DNA from: Mobula hypostoma
Lineage: Eukaryota
Direction: 5' to 3'
Length of the DNA: 64,000 nucleotides
NCBI RefSeq assembly: GCF_963921235.1
Contig: NC_086101.1
Span: forward strand, 3,288,001-3,352,000
Shown here: positions 62,408 through 64,000 of the stretch, piece after piece
Layout: every line of letters begins with the position of its first letter
How positions within the stretch are numbered: the first letter of the stretch is position 1
Program-made: the position numbers and the translations under genes
Notes under the pieces: model-generated
Told to the model about the DNA's origin: nothing
Database searches by the model: none
Seen by the model: only the letters and a program-made list of their open reading frames with translations

Positions 62408-63292
62408 CATAGAAAACCTACAGCACAATACAGGCCCTTCGGCCCACAAAGTTGTGCTGAACATGTCCCTGCCTTAGAAATTACTAGGGTTACCTATAGC
62501 CCTCTATTTTTCTAAGCTCCATGTACCTATCCAAAAGTCTCTTAAAAGACCCTATTGTATCCGCCTCCACCACTGTTGCCGGCAGCCCATTCCACGCACT
62601 CACCACTCTCTGAGTCAAAAACTTACCCCTGACATCTCCTCTGTACCTACTCCCCAGCACCTTAAACCTGTGCACTCTGGTGGCAACCATTTCAGCCCTG
62701 GGAAAAAGCCTCTGACTATCCACACGATCAATGCCTCTCATCATCTTATACACCTCTATCAGGTCACCTTTCATCCTCCATCGCTCCAAGGAGAAAAGGC
62801 TGAGTTCACTCAACCTGTTTTCATAAGGCATGCTCCCCAATCCAGGCAAAATCCTTGTAAATCTCCTCTGCACCCTTTCTATGGTTTCCACATCCTTCCT
62901 GTAGTGAGGTGACCAGAACTGAGCACCGTACTCCAAGTGGGGTCTGACCAGGGACCTATATAGCTGAAACATTACCTCTCGGCTCCTAAATTCAATTCCA
63001 CGATTGATGAAGGCCAATATAAGTATGCCTTCTTAACCACAGAGTCAACCTGCGTAACTGCTTTGAGGGTCCTATAGACTCAGACCCCAAGATCCCTCTG
63101 ATCCTCCACACTGCCAAGAGTCTTACCATTAATACTATATTCTGCCATCGTATTTGCCCTACCAAAATGAACCACCTCACACTTATCTGGGATGAACTCC
63201 ATCTGCCACTTCTCAGCCCAGTTTTGCATCCTATCAATGTCCCGCTGTAACCTCTGACAGCCCTCCACACTATCCACAACACCCCCAACCAG
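62408..63292 (-). mobile_element. CR1 LINE 3' fragment in a NELFE intron
   Basis: ORFs 62490-63017 and 63080-63277 with CR1 motifs. Confidence 0.9.
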
Positions 63293-63624
63293 TCGGGTCG
63301 GTGCAATAGTGTAACACTAGGCAGTGCAGCACCATGCTGACCTTCACAAAATATGCCCAGACATTACAGCAGGATAAACGTCACATCTACATGAAAGCCT
63401 GGACTGACACCACCACAAATCCCAACCCCAGTACCACAAGGCTATATGTGTACCTTACACAAAATACATTGTAGTTATTCGCTGACGCCCCTCTAACAGG
63501 ACAGCCCAACCACCTCTCGCACCAAGAATGATCACGGCAGCAGATCACCACCCTGTCTCGGAAATATGGCTTTTAGTTCTTGTTTAGAGATACAGCACAT
63601 TAAAAGGCCCTTCCAGACCGATGA

Positions 63625-64000
63625 GCCAGGGTCAGAGATGTCTTCGATCGGCTGCACTGCTTTCTAAAAGGGGAGGGTAGGCAGCCAGAAGTCTGTGTAC
63701 ATACTGACACCAATGACACGGGTAGGAAAAGGGAGGACGCCCTGAAGAAGGAATTTAGGGAGTGAGATAGAAAGCTGAAAAGCAAGGGCACTGGGGTAGT
63801 AATTTCTGGATTTCCACCCATGCCACGTGTCAGTGAGGGCAAGAATTGGATGATTTGGCAGATAAATGTGTGGCCAAGGGACTGATGTCAGATTTCTGGA
63901 TCATTGGGCTCTCTTCTGGGGAAGGTACGACCTGTACAAAAAGTACAGGTTACACCCAAACCCAAGGGGAACGAAGATCCTTACGGGCAGGCTTGCTGGA
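63625..64000 (+). mobile_element. CR1 ORF1 (SGNH esterase-like) fragment
   Basis: VHTDTND, VVISG, FLDHWALFWGRYDLYKK..LHPN; homologous to the reverse complement of 4790-4890. Confidence 0.8.

Overview
Vertebrate nuclear DNA, not prokaryotic. V-SINE/HE1-type SINEs and dense CR1, Rex1 and Penelope relics suggest a cartilaginous fish, probably a ray (inference). Three spliced genes were reconstructed by hand from GT-AG sites and reading-frame continuity. (1) The 3' part of a + strand coiled-coil gene resembling the central region of myomegalin/PDE4DIP: 7 exons, 3810-20170, all introns phase 0, ending ...VKHTL*. (2) A complete + strand 6-exon TRIM gene (RING, degenerate B-box, coiled coil, PRY-SPRY; 29771-47262; 456 aa). 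(3) The last five coding exons of NELFE on the - strand (61587-56616), which points to the MHC class III region or its neighbourhood. Most of the rest is retroelement: young and old CR1 copies, often nested; a full-length L1 with target-site duplication (TSD) and one homopolymer frameshift (13028-18947); Penelope-like 3' fragments carrying minimal hammerhead ribozymes, including a 102-bp insertion with an 11-bp TSD; Rex1, RTE and R4/Dong relics; SINEs; a Tigger-like MITE; and a probable solo LTR. There are also several minisatellites, including a 1.5-kb G-rich tract inside the inferred NELFE 3' UTR. Family assignments come from recalled motifs, not database searches.
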